Part shown: positions 1 to 7,715 of the stretch, in pieces
Layout: every line of letters starts with the position of its first letter
Numbering within the stretch: the stretch's first letter is position 1
Sequence record: KY608966
DNA from: Escherichia phage CF2
DNA: 53,242 bases
Reading direction: 5' to 3' (one strand)
Notes under the pieces: model-generated
The model's database searches: none
Told to the model about the DNA's origin: nothing
What the model saw: only the letters and a program-made list of their open reading frames with translations
Program-made: the position numbers and the translations under genes

Positions 1-306
1 AAAAAAATTTACGCCGGCGAAAAATAATAAAAAACCGGATTGATAAATAAATCTGTAGACGTTTACACGACCTTTATATAGATGTTATAATAACTATCTA
101 AAGTCCAGCAAAGGTATTGTAATGAATATACAACAGGAAGTACAAGCTGAATTTGATTATGTTGATGGCATGTTGTATCGTAAACATAGCCACGGTAACG
201 TCAAGCAAGGCGATAAATTTGGTACCGTAGTACCAGCAGGATACATTGAAGGCTTTTTCAAAAATAAGAAGACGTCTTTGCACGTTCTTGTCTGGCAATG
301 GCACAA
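1..306. repeat. Terminal direct repeat, left copy (same as 52937..53242)
   Basis: Bases 1-306 read identically at 52937-53242. The repeat covers a promoter and the first 185 nt of the HNH gene. Confidence 0.9.
62..91 (+). promoter_or_regulatory. sigma70-type promoter TTTACA-18-TATAAT (upstream of HNH gene)
   Basis: -35 TTTACA at 62-67 and -10 TATAAT at 86-91. A second copy lies at 52998-53027. Confidence 0.6.
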
Positions 307-622
307 TGGTGAAATACCGGAAGGTTATGTAGTAGACCACAAGGACCGCAATAAACTCAATTGTAAAATTGATAACTTACGCCTTGCTACAGCTAGCCAG
401 AATCAAGCTAATCGTGGGGTTAATTATAATAGTACAACAGGCGTCAAAGGTTTGCAGGTAACAACACAGCGTGGTTATACTTATTATGCTGCTAAGATAA
501 CTGTCAACGGTAAAAGATTGAGAAAAACCTTTAAATATACGGAAGAAGGCAAAGAATTAGCTATTGCCTGGCTTCAAGAACAACGTCAAAAATTACACGG
601 AGAATTTGCTTGTGATAACTAG
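122..622 (+). CDS. HNH homing endonuclease with AP2-like DNA-binding domain
   Basis: 166 aa. HNH core 'GYVVDHKDRNKLNCKIDNLRLATASQNQAN', then an AP2-like segment 'GVKGL..YYAAKITVNGKRLRKTFKYTEEGKELA'. Confidence 0.8.
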   Translation: MNIQQEVQAEFDYVDGMLYRKHSHGNVKQGDKFGTVVPAGYIEGFFKNKKTSLHVLVWQWHNGEIPEGYVVDHKDRNKLNCKIDNLRLATASQNQANRGVNYNSTTGVKGLQVTTQRGYTYYAAKITVNGKRLRKTFKYTEEGKELAIAWLQEQRQKLHGEFACDN

Positions 623-1052
623 AGCGTCAATTAGAGCGAAAGGACAGAACTTTGAGCGCAAAATGGCTAAGAAGTTCAATAGCTCGTTTGGATTAACTGT
701 TGAGCGCAATCTTCAACAGTCTATTAATGGCGGGGATGACTTGCTGGGTGTACCGTTTTTCAGTGTTGAACTGAAGAAGCACAATACTAAGTCTATCGGA
801 ACATGGTGGAGACAGTGTGCGGCATCGGCAAAGGCTCAGAACAAGATGCCAGTGCTTATATACGAACTACCAAGAAAACAGCCTACCGTGGTGATGAATA
901 AGGCTGATGTGATTGACTGTTTTCCAAGTGGCACGACTTTTAACGAGGCATCGAACCGCCTCTTTGTGGGTCTGGTAGAATTAACATGGGAACAATTTTG
1001 CCGGGTCTACAACTATTACGTTGCGCCCGGCACTCAATATCACGTCAATTAA
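612..1052 (+). CDS. PD-(D/E)XK nuclease, Holliday-junction-resolvase-like
   Basis: 'KGQNFER' and 'GGDD..FSVELKK' (D..ExK) motifs. The frame is open from 564. GTG 612 has GGAG 10 nt upstream, but the start is uncertain (ATG 663 is an alternative). Confidence 0.5.
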   Translation: MITRASIRAKGQNFERKMAKKFNSSFGLTVERNLQQSINGGDDLLGVPFFSVELKKHNTKSIGTWWRQCAASAKAQNKMPVLIYELPRKQPTVVMNKADVIDCFPSGTTFNEASNRLFVGLVELTWEQFCRVYNYYVAPGTQYHVN

Positions 1053-1234
1053 TCTTGTTTCAGCTCGTTACAAATAACACGCTGATTTTTGGCGGGGATA
1101 ATACCAAGATTCAGTAGGGTGTATGGACTATCAGCGACGCATTGTTCAACGGTAGTCCATTCAGGTTTGGATTCAACAATTTCGTAATTGCAGTCGTGAG
1201 TTGCTATACATGTTGCCAGGATTAAGCCAATCAC
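1049..1234 (-). CDS. Small putative lipoprotein or secreted protein
   Basis: 61 aa. GTG start with GGAG 7 nt upstream. N-terminus 'MIGLILATC' resembles a signal peptide with a lipobox. The start overlaps the upstream stop as GTGA. Confidence 0.45.
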   Translation of the reverse strand: MIGLILATCIATHDCNYEIVESKPEWTTVEQCVADSPYTLLNLGIIPAKNQRVICNELKQD

Positions 1235-1410
1235 AAGTAATCTCCATCAACCAGAAACTCAAACAATTGGTTGTAAACGTTGCAACCTTTAGCGAAAGAG
1301 CTTTCAGCAGGTTTACCGTCGCGGACAATCATCATATACTCACCGCCATGGATGTCCACCCAGTATTGCATGCCACCTTTGACCGGATTACGTTGCAGAA
1401 ATTTAAACAT
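1231..1410 (-). CDS. Hypothetical small protein (59 aa, below the ORF-track cutoff)
   Basis: Manual translation gives MFKFLQRNPVKGGMQYWVDIHGGEYMMIVRDGKPAESSFAKGCNVYNQLFEFLVDGDYL. AGGAG lies upstream, and TAATG and GTGA overlaps couple it to both neighbours. Confidence 0.45.
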   Translation of the reverse strand: MFKFLQRNPVKGGMQYWVDIHGGEYMMIVRDGKPAESSFAKGCNVYNQLFEFLVDGDYL

Positions 1411-1655
1411 TATTTACTCCTGACTCCAAGTTTATTCAATAGCCACACTGTCATGTCAACCCAGGTTAACGGTACAGTTTTCGGGGGTTGATAATCCCAG
1501 CAGCTTGCAGTTCTTTGTATTTCTGCTTGGCGCCGCTCCGCTTCGCGTAATACCGCATCGTCAGAAGTGCCGGCAGAAAAAAGATCGGTAACACCAGATA
1601 AATCGCGTTGATTAACACGTCGAGCAATGTCATATAAATCATCCTTAGAAAACAT
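1410..1655 (-). CDS. Hypothetical early protein
   Basis: 81-aa ORF in the leftward operon. Confidence 0.55.
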   Translation of the reverse strand: MFSKDDLYDIARRVNQRDLSGVTDLFSAGTSDDAVLREAERRQAEIQRTASCWDYQPPKTVPLTWVDMTVWLLNKLGVRSK

Positions 1656-1770
1656 AAGCCAATACCATAAGAATTATCAGAAAGATCCCAACCAGCTTCC
1701 TCATAGCCCGACCTTCAGCATATGCAGGATTCACAACAGAATACTCAACAACATGTTTACAGCGGACCAT
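1645..1770 (-). CDS. Hypothetical 41-aa membrane peptide
   Basis: Manual translation gives MVRCKHVVEYSVVNPAYAEGRAMRKLVGIFLIILMVLAYVF. GGAGG lies 5 nt upstream and the C-terminus is hydrophobic. Confidence 0.35.
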   Translation of the reverse strand: MVRCKHVVEYSVVNPAYAEGRAMRKLVGIFLIILMVLAYVF

Positions 1771-1789
1771 AAGGCCTCCACTTGTGGGT

Positions 1790-1834
1790 TAATTCAATCA
1801 TGAGGACTTTTGGCAAATCCTCATTGTTGAATCA
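1790..1834 (-). promoter_or_regulatory. Bipartite intercistronic RNA hairpin HP0 (candidate RNase III or RNA-stability site)
   Basis: Upper stem 1800-1806/1818-1824 (atgagga/tcctcat). Lower stem aattcaa/ttgaat, separated from the upper stem by 2x2 internal loops. Confidence 0.5.
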
Positions 1835-2032
1835 CTCAATCATTATCTGTACTACTATTATACACTCTTTATTGAAGCGGGTAAACACCTTTCCACCATT
1901 GGTGCGTTTAGCTCCGGACTTTAGAGCTGACTGGCACCAGACATGCCACTCCTCAACTGTCAAGAATTTTTGCTCAGCTTTGGGTGGTAGTCCATTGGCA
2001 AGGTCTACCGTAGTAAATTTGACTAGTGGCAT
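1832..2032 (-). CDS. Hypothetical early protein
   Basis: 66 aa. ATG 2032 overlaps the upstream TGA as TGATG. Confidence 0.5.
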   Translation of the reverse strand: MPLVKFTTVDLANGLPPKAEQKFLTVEEWHVWCQSALKSGAKRTNGGKVFTRFNKECIIVVQIMIE

Positions 2033-2421
2033 CACTTGACCTCAAATTTTGACTCGTCATATTCCGGATCAGTCACGTCCCGGGTCGCACAATTTTTGAT
2101 TGCATCCCAGTAACGTTGGGCATCATCGCCATCGACATAAACTGTCCAGTGGCCGTAACCACCTTCAAATCTGTCCCAGGCTTGTTCCCAGACTTTGCCA
2201 TCTTCCAGCTTGTACCAAGTTGGACGACTGTCAAACTCGCGGATTGGATGGTACCCCATCAAAGGATTCATCAGGTCAATAATGTCTTCCCGACTAATCT
2301 CCTGGTTCTCCCACAACACCGTCATGAATTGCTCAAACTTGAAGGCGTTTGGCAGAATTTTGATGACTTCACCATCACAATATACGGTATAGGTGCCATC
2401 TTCGCATTTTGCACTGTACAT
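2032..2421 (-). CDS. Hypothetical early protein
   Basis: 129 aa from ATG 2421, preceded by 'aggagagagaaac'. The longer track start lies inside hairpin HP1. Confidence 0.65.
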   Translation of the reverse strand: MYSAKCEDGTYTVYCDGEVIKILPNAFKFEQFMTVLWENQEISREDIIDLMNPLMGYHPIREFDSRPTWYKLEDGKVWEQAWDRFEGGYGHWTVYVDGDDAQRYWDAIKNCATRDVTDPEYDESKFEVK

Positions 2422-2438
2422 GTTTCTCTCTCCTATTG

Positions 2439-2495
2439 ATATAATTTCAATCATGAACTATCACAACTTTGGATAGTTCATTGTTGAAACTATAC
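2439..2495 (-). promoter_or_regulatory. Bipartite intercistronic RNA hairpin HP1
   Basis: Perfect 10-bp upper stem 2453-2462/2472-2481. Lower 10-bp stem 2441-2450/2484-2493 contains a G.U pair only in the minus sense. Confidence 0.6.
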
Positions 2496-2663
2496 TAACT
2501 TTGTTGCGATCTGAATTGTCAGCCGGAAGTCTTCCATCAAGTTATCAAACTCTTTGGAACCGCCAACCGCATCAGATATTTGGTCTTTCACAATTTGGGC
2601 ATTTGATTCCAGTAATTCAATCAGGTGCGCCAATTCGTCTTCAGTCAATTTCAGATCTTTCAT
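2490..2663 (-). CDS. Hypothetical small acidic early protein (paralogue of 2923..3081)
   Basis: 57 aa from ATG 2663, with an ATGA overlap. N-terminus 'MKDLKLTEDELAHLIELLE' resembles 'MLKIKLTKDQAMALRDMMIELE'. Confidence 0.55.
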   Translation of the reverse strand: MKDLKLTEDELAHLIELLESNAQIVKDQISDAVGGSKEFDNLMEDFRLTIQIATKLV

Positions 2664-2917
2664 AATGCATCCACCCAAGCCATAACTTTTGCCAGTCTTA
2701 CAACGTCTTCATGGTCCCGCTCGCCATCAGAAAATTCGCTGGCGATGATACCCATAATTGACGCCAGATTCATGTTGATGATGTAGGCGTGTTGGCGCAC
2801 TTCATCAATTCCTGAATCTATCACCAGTTCCGCAAATTCTTGTGAACCTTCATCCCATTCAGCCCAATACTGCTCAGCATAAAAGTCCAGTTCTTTTTTC
2901 ATCTCAATATCAGTCAT
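2660..2917 (-). CDS. Hypothetical acidic early protein
   Basis: 85 aa, rich in Asp and Glu. GAGGAG lies 8 nt upstream. Confidence 0.6.
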   Translation of the reverse strand: MTDIEMKKELDFYAEQYWAEWDEGSQEFAELVIDSGIDEVRQHAYIINMNLASIMGIIASEFSDGERDHEDVVRLAKVMAWVDAL

Positions 2918-2922
2918 TTTGA

Positions 2923-3081
2923 TTACTCCTCAGAACCTGAAAATTTGTCGTCAATGGCTTCAACAATATAATCAAGAGTTGAAGTGTGAGAACTATCAGA
3001 AAAAGTGCCCATCTTCTCTAACTCAATCATCATATCCCGCAAGGCCATCGCCTGGTCTTTGGTCAGTTTGATTTTAAGCAT
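2923..3081 (-). CDS. Hypothetical small acidic early protein
   Basis: 52 aa from ATG 3081, preceded by 'caggagagaaac'. Confidence 0.5.
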   Translation of the reverse strand: MLKIKLTKDQAMALRDMMIELEKMGTFSDSSHTSTLDYIVEAIDDKFSGSEE

Positions 3082-3101
3082 GTTTCTCTCCTGTTGATTG
3101 T

Positions 3102-3151
3102 GAATAATTTCAATTGATGGCACTACTTGAGTGCCATCTCAAAAATTACTC
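3102..3151 (-). promoter_or_regulatory. Bipartite intercistronic RNA hairpin HP2
   Basis: Upper stem 3116-3123/3131-3138 (gatggcac/gtgccatc). Lower stem 3102-3110/3143-3151. Confidence 0.55.
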
Positions 3152-3718
3152 TTCAGTAGTTTCTTGTTCTTCAATTTCAGGTTTTTCTTCAGCTTCAGGT
3201 TTTTTGCCTGTTACTGATTTGCCGTCAGTCACTTTACCAGATTTTACATCATTACGGTAGTATGACATATATGACTGGATAACACGTTTTGCTCTAATAT
3301 CATCCGCTTCCATTCCGCAAGCTTTCATCGCATCAGCGAGTGCCAATTTGGAATCTTCTTTATCCATCAAGTTGTAATCTTTGAACACCAGATAGCAAGT
3401 ATCTTTAGTTGATGGACCAGATGACGATTTGCGAGAGCCACCAGCAGATGCTCGTGTTGTCGCAACTTTGACTTCTTCAACTTCCAGTTGGTTCAGCTCG
3501 TCAAACAAAGCCTTCACCAGCACTTCTTTAGAGTCTTTGACACTTACAGAACTTTCATCATTAAGCGACTTAATCATCTTAATGATCTGGTTATTGGCAA
3601 AGTACTGAAGACTATCCATCTGCACTACAATAGTGCCAAGACTTTCAGTAGTCAGACCAGATTTCACAGACTCGACAGAAAAAGCGGAAGTCAGGTAAAC
3701 GTAGTTGATAGTTGTCAT
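3146..3718 (-). CDS. Hypothetical early protein with acidic C-terminal tail
   Basis: 190-aa ORF with a Ser/Gly linker and an 'EEKPEIEEQETTEE' tail. Confidence 0.7.
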   Translation of the reverse strand: MTTINYVYLTSAFSVESVKSGLTTESLGTIVVQMDSLQYFANNQIIKMIKSLNDESSVSVKDSKEVLVKALFDELNQLEVEEVKVATTRASAGGSRKSSSGPSTKDTCYLVFKDYNLMDKEDSKLALADAMKACGMEADDIRAKRVIQSYMSYYRNDVKSGKVTDGKSVTGKKPEAEEKPEIEEQETTEE

Positions 3719-3766
3719 TTGATGTATCCTCGTTGATAGAATTTTTGATAGGTGTCAATCCTTGAC

Positions 3767-3820
3767 AAGTAATTCCAATCATGACAACTTTTATCAAGTT
3801 GTCATTGTTGGAAATTACTT
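3767..3820 (-). promoter_or_regulatory. Bipartite intercistronic RNA hairpin HP3
   Basis: Perfect 10-bp upper stem 3781-3790/3796-3805. Lower 12-bp stem 3767-3778/3808-3820 has one bulge. Confidence 0.6.
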
Positions 3821-4117
3821 CGCGCTTGCGTTTTCAACAGCTTGTACGACTTTCAACAAATGCCTGAAGTCATCATGATAAACTTCATTAAAGCCATCTG
3901 CCGCAAAGTTTTCGCCAATTAAGATCAGTCTTTCGCGGACCAAGTCAATCAAGAGTTTATTGTCAGTTATTTCAGCACCTGTAATAAGTTCAACAAATAA
4001 TTGCTGTACGTTATCATAACAGATGTTGCTTTCAATACACACTTGGCGCATGTCTTCAACTATTGACATGATTGTGACTTGCATTTCTACGTCAGAAGTG
4101 ATGTTATTCAGTTTCAT
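3815..4117 (-). CDS. Hypothetical acidic early protein (first gene of leftward operon)
   Basis: 100-aa ORF. Confidence 0.65.
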   Translation of the reverse strand: MKLNNITSDVEMQVTIMSIVEDMRQVCIESNICYDNVQQLFVELITGAEITDNKLLIDLVRERLILIGENFAADGFNEVYHDDFRHLLKVVQAVENASAK

Positions 4118-4131
4118 AATAGTTACCTTTG

Positions 4132-4186
4132 TATTAGTTTCCAGGCGTGACTACTGATACCAATAGTCACTGGTTGAAACTATTAC
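4132..4186 (-). promoter_or_regulatory. Bipartite RNA hairpin HP4 in the leader of the leftward operon
   Basis: Upper stem 4147-4153/4164-4170. Lower stem tattagtttcc/tgaaactatta. Confidence 0.55.
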
Positions 4187-4333
4187 TAGTGTTACTATCA
4201 ACAAGAAACATGTTACCAAATTGTTAAAGAGCGGTCTGGTACTATTCGACCAGGTAAAGTTATTATTTGCGCATCTTGACGACACGCGCCAGACAAGACG
4301 CTTGACACATTCATCATTCGTCTTGATGTAATA

Positions 4334-4362
4334 ATTATAGGCCAGTCAATCAATGTTGTACA
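4334..4362 (-). promoter_or_regulatory. Candidate leftward early promoter TGTACA-17-TATAAT
   Basis: The minus strand reads TGTACA (4357-4362), a 17-nt spacer, then TATAAT (4334-4339). Confidence 0.45.
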
Positions 4363-4476
4363 TAAAAGAATTGCAAGTTTATGCAAGTTTTTAGAAATGA
4401 TAATCACTTGCGATTGAGAGTGGTTCTCGTATGCAATTGATATAGTTTCACATGTAATTACTCAATCCAAAATGGT

Positions 4477-4530
4477 CGGCAGGGGTTATAATCACATAGG
4501 GGTGCCACTTAAAGGAGCCGGCGAAATTAT
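4477..4530. repeat. Imperfect direct repeat A1 (about 55 nt)
   Basis: 'cggcagggg..aggggtgccac..aggagccggcgaaatt' aligns with A2. The GCCGGCGAAA core also occurs at 14-23. Confidence 0.6.
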
Positions 4531-4538
4531 TTCTAAAA

Positions 4539-4562
4539 ATATAATTTCAATCTGAATTATAG
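4539..4562 (-). promoter_or_regulatory. Minimal hairpin HP5 (lower-stem consensus only)
   Basis: ataatttca-atc-tgaattat. It has the same flank consensus as HP0-HP4 but no upper stem. Confidence 0.35.
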
Positions 4563-4653
4563 ACGCTTTGTGTTATAACGGCCGAAGTAGTTCATACGGT
4601 AATTGTATCAATCGCAATAGTTACCAGGGTAATCGTTTCAATCGAAATAGGTG

Positions 4654-4716
4654 CGGCGGGGGGTAATTTCGCAGGGGTGCTACCTGCCAGGAGCCAGCGG
4701 AATTTTTTTATTTTTT
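4654..4716. repeat. Imperfect direct repeat A2, ending in a T-run
   Basis: 'cggcgggggg..aggggtgctac..aggagccagcggaattttttt'. It contains the hairpin gcagg-ggtgcta-cctgc. Confidence 0.6.
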
Positions 4717-4937
4717 GGTATTTTCTCCTTATCAGGACCAATCATCATCAGAGTAACACGGCAGGAGCTAACCTTTTGCTTATCACAATAATAAGTGAAG
4801 CCCCTCTAAAATTTTTTTATATTTTTCGGAAATTGTGTAGACACTCACTAAAAAGTGGTGTACTTTCTCTCCTCCACGCGCTATCATTAATGTGAATCAT
4901 CAAACGGCCTCACGGTCTCCTACTTGTGGGTAACATT

Positions 4938-5423
4938 ATGAAAATTGTTCAATTAGAGCCATATCCGCCTCAATTGGCTATCGTTTGCAGCGAAAAAGAG
5001 CACGAAGAGCTCCAAAAACTGATGGATTTGCCTGATTTTGGCAACTGGAATGACCGGGAAACACGTAATGCATCTACCTTTACATTCTCTCGCGTTAACT
5101 ATCCGTACCTGTTAATCGTCGTCGAACTGTACCACCCGGACGACCTGAAGTACAACACCATTTCCCACGAAGGCATTCACGTAATGTCATCGCTGATGAA
5201 CTATGTAGGGCTTAAATACGACCCAGAAAACGATGAATGGTACGCATATCAGCATGATTTCATCGTAAATGCCATTTGTAAGGCCCATGACGAGTATATA
5301 GAGCGCCAAAAAACGCCAAAAACTAAGCCAAAAATCGAAACAGGTAACCATCCTGCTATACTGCCACAAGACGTAATGAACTCGCTTTTGACTGACACTA
5401 CTGGGGACTTTTTAGGTGATTAA
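4938..5423 (+). CDS. HExxH-motif protein (putative small Zn-metallopeptidase-like)
   Basis: 'SHEGIHV' motif. ATG 4938 is the likely start, although the frame is open from GTG 4926. This is the first gene of the rightward operon. Confidence 0.6.
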   Translation: MKIVQLEPYPPQLAIVCSEKEHEELQKLMDLPDFGNWNDRETRNASTFTFSRVNYPYLLIVVELYHPDDLKYNTISHEGIHVMSSLMNYVGLKYDPENDEWYAYQHDFIVNAICKAHDEYIERQKTPKTKPKIETGNHPAILPQDVMNSLLTDTTGDFLGD

Positions 5424-6090
5424 TATAATCTTCGCAATGGGCCAAAATGGGGAATTCGGGTTGTCCCCGGAGTTTATGAAGCATCAGGTTGACTCGTGTA
5501 AGACCATGGAAGAGGTCCGTGCGCTTCCTAAATCGGGTCTACCCTGGAAATGTCCGTCAGACATGCTCTTTTTCAGGACTATGACTAATTCAGTTGCGAC
5601 AGAACCAGGCTATAATGCATATCAGCAACTACGTGGACAGTTCCCAAATGACCAGTTGCGAAACATGATAGCAGATGTAACGGTAAAAATGGTAGGGCAT
5701 AGTGTATTGTTAGCCGGTCGTAACACGTATATGACTATGAGTCTGCCTATGTCAGCCCACAGAATACTGCTGCCGGTATCTCGCCAGATTATGGCTTCAG
5801 AAGGCTACAATAATTTGGGTGAGATGGCAGCAGACCTTGAATCCAGAGGTACTGACGTCTGGATTGTAGGTGGTGCCGAATTGATACTTTCGGCCCTTGA
5901 AGAGCATGCAAAAGACTTACTCCGTATCGACAACATGTTTATCAGTACAATCAAGCAATCAGGTCCAAGTGATATTTTAATGGATCGTAGCAAATTAATG
6001 ATGTACATTGATAGCGACTTCACATATAATGATGAATATGTTGATAACAAACAAGTTCTGATACAACGGTATAGGAGTTTACACAAATGA
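5416..6090 (+). CDS. Dihydrofolate-reductase-like protein with insertions
   Basis: 'MINIIFAM', 'LPWKCPSDMLFFRTMT', 'LLAGRNTY' and 'VWIVGGAEL' parallel FolA 'MISLIAAL', 'MPWNLPADLAWFKRNT', 'VIMGRHTW' and 'MVIGGGRV'. Confidence 0.65.
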   Translation: MINIIFAMGQNGEFGLSPEFMKHQVDSCKTMEEVRALPKSGLPWKCPSDMLFFRTMTNSVATEPGYNAYQQLRGQFPNDQLRNMIADVTVKMVGHSVLLAGRNTYMTMSLPMSAHRILLPVSRQIMASEGYNNLGEMAADLESRGTDVWIVGGAELILSALEEHAKDLLRIDNMFISTIKQSGPSDILMDRSKLMMYIDSDFTYNDEYVDNKQVLIQRYRSLHK

Positions 6091-6593
6091 ACATCATAAT
6101 CGAGGGTCCCGATAATGCAGGAAAAAGTACACTTATTGAGTTCCTTAAATCTCGTACTGGCCGCAATGTTATTCATAATACTGTTGATAAGGACCCCGAA
6201 TCGGTCATGGCTAAACAGGCCAAAGAAAACGCGTTGGAAGGCGATTGCATTTATGATCGTAGCGCTGTTATATCTGAGTATATCTATTGCCTGGTTCTTC
6301 AACGTACGCCTGTCATCAATATTAATGTATCACATGTAGCAGATATGTGCGACAACGCCATCGTTATCTTTTGTATGCCGCCTGTTGAAAAGGTACTGGC
6401 AACTACAAAAGACGAAATGCCTGGTGTTGTGGAAAATCTTGAGGCGTTATACAATCAGTATGACAACCTCATTGACGAGCTGGTTATGATGAGTAAGCAG
6501 TTCTTCATCTATGACTGGACTGTTGAAGAAGACGGTCCTGAAGCAGTTCTAGAATACATCAACGAACGTATTAATAAGGAGTGGAACAAATGA
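6087..6593 (+). CDS. P-loop dNMP kinase (thymidylate-kinase-like)
   Basis: Walker A 'IEGPDNAGKST' and Tmk-like 'YDRSAVISEY'. Coupled to the upstream gene by an ATGA overlap. Confidence 0.7.
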   Translation: MNIIIEGPDNAGKSTLIEFLKSRTGRNVIHNTVDKDPESVMAKQAKENALEGDCIYDRSAVISEYIYCLVLQRTPVININVSHVADMCDNAIVIFCMPPVEKVLATTKDEMPGVVENLEALYNQYDNLIDELVMMSKQFFIYDWTVEEDGPEAVLEYINERINKEWNK

Positions 6594-7309
6594 GCCCAGT
6601 ATACAATAGCACAATTACACTGTCAGCAACCGTAGGAGACGTCAACAAGACTGTTACTGTGGGTTCAACTAACCCGAACCTGTCAGGCGAAGACCTGCTG
6701 CGCCTGGCCAAACGTGCTCTTGAAGATAACGAAGTGACTGGTACTGAAGGCGTCAGCATCGAAATTAACGTCGAAGGATGTCCGCACAGCATCAGTATTG
6801 CTACCTCTTCATTGCCGGATGATGAAACTCGTGAACAGCTGGAGACAGACAAGTTCAACGACGAGCTGGAATATCGCACTGGTGAGATGTTCAGCAATGC
6901 GTTAAACTGGTATCTGTGCAAAGCTTCAGGCTACACCGGTGCTCCTATGTCAGACCGTATGTTAGCTGATATGTCAGCACGTGAAATTGCTAAAGGCTGG
7001 GCGCATGTACAGATGCTACAGGAGCGTATCTGCAAACTGGAAAGCTGCAATAAAGATGCGTCTGAGCTTATTACTGCCTATAAGCGACAGATTAACGACC
7101 TGCAGCAACTAATGGGCAAACGCGCTGAAGAATATGAGGCTGAGATTCGTAGCCTTAACGGTACAGCTGTTGCTAACAACCGTGCTTTCAGCGAAGAGCG
7201 TAAAGCGCTTATCGCCCAGCGTGACGCTGAAAAACGTCGTGCAGACGACCTGGCAGACCGTCTCAACTTTATCCGTAAGCATATGGATGCTATGGAAGGG
7301 GTAATCTGA
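6590..7309 (+). CDS. Hypothetical protein with C-terminal coiled coil
   Basis: 239 aa from ATG 6590, with AAGGAG 8 nt upstream and an ATGA overlap. Confidence 0.6.
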   Translation: MSPVYNSTITLSATVGDVNKTVTVGSTNPNLSGEDLLRLAKRALEDNEVTGTEGVSIEINVEGCPHSISIATSSLPDDETREQLETDKFNDELEYRTGEMFSNALNWYLCKASGYTGAPMSDRMLADMSAREIAKGWAHVQMLQERICKLESCNKDASELITAYKRQINDLQQLMGKRAEEYEAEIRSLNGTAVANNRAFSEERKALIAQRDAEKRRADDLADRLNFIRKHMDAMEGVI

Positions 7310-7599
7310 TGGACCTGTTCGATATGGTCGAACATCCTGAAGTAAACAGCTTGGCGGAAGCTAAGCCTTTTAGCTGGGATGAATTCGTAGCAGGCAAACC
7401 TGCTGTAACCCACAACGGGCAGATTGCATATTACGGAGGCCATAGCGAACATCCGATGTGCACTCACCTGTACAACGCTATCACAACCATATCCGACGAA
7501 AACGTTATTAAATACGGAAAAGATGTAATGCCTTTTCTTGTAGATGAGCGCGGTTACTTCGAAGGTAAATGGTTCCCGTTTCTGGTAGAAATGGCCTAA
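7309..7599 (+). CDS. Hypothetical protein
   Basis: 96-aa ORF coupled to the upstream gene. Confidence 0.55.
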   Translation: MDLFDMVEHPEVNSLAEAKPFSWDEFVAGKPAVTHNGQIAYYGGHSEHPMCTHLYNAITTISDENVIKYGKDVMPFLVDERGYFEGKWFPFLVEMA

Positions 7600-7715
7600 A
7601 AACCGGATAAATATAAAGGCGTCTAAGCTAGTTCTTCATCTATATAAGCTACTTATTCGCCTTTCTACTGTAGACTTTCTCATCATCTCTCTAGACACTT
7701 CATTTTTATATTCTG

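Noticed and set aside
1-306. The terminal repeat as an insertion sequence or mobile-element boundary.
   Set aside because: The copies are direct and lie exactly at the window ends. There are no inverted termini and no transposase. This is consistent with terminal redundancy or assembly overlap.
1790-4186. A CRISPR-like array, suggested by the regularly recurring hairpins.
   Set aside because: The conserved parts are split inverted flanks around variable stems, the spacing is 600-700 bp, and each unit contains a gene. This is not a repeat-spacer architecture.
4213-4895. ORFs 4213..4407 (-) and 4677..4895 (+) in the divergent control region.
   Set aside because: There are no ribosome-binding sites and the products are low-complexity and hydrophobic. 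They span the predicted promoter and the repeat elements.
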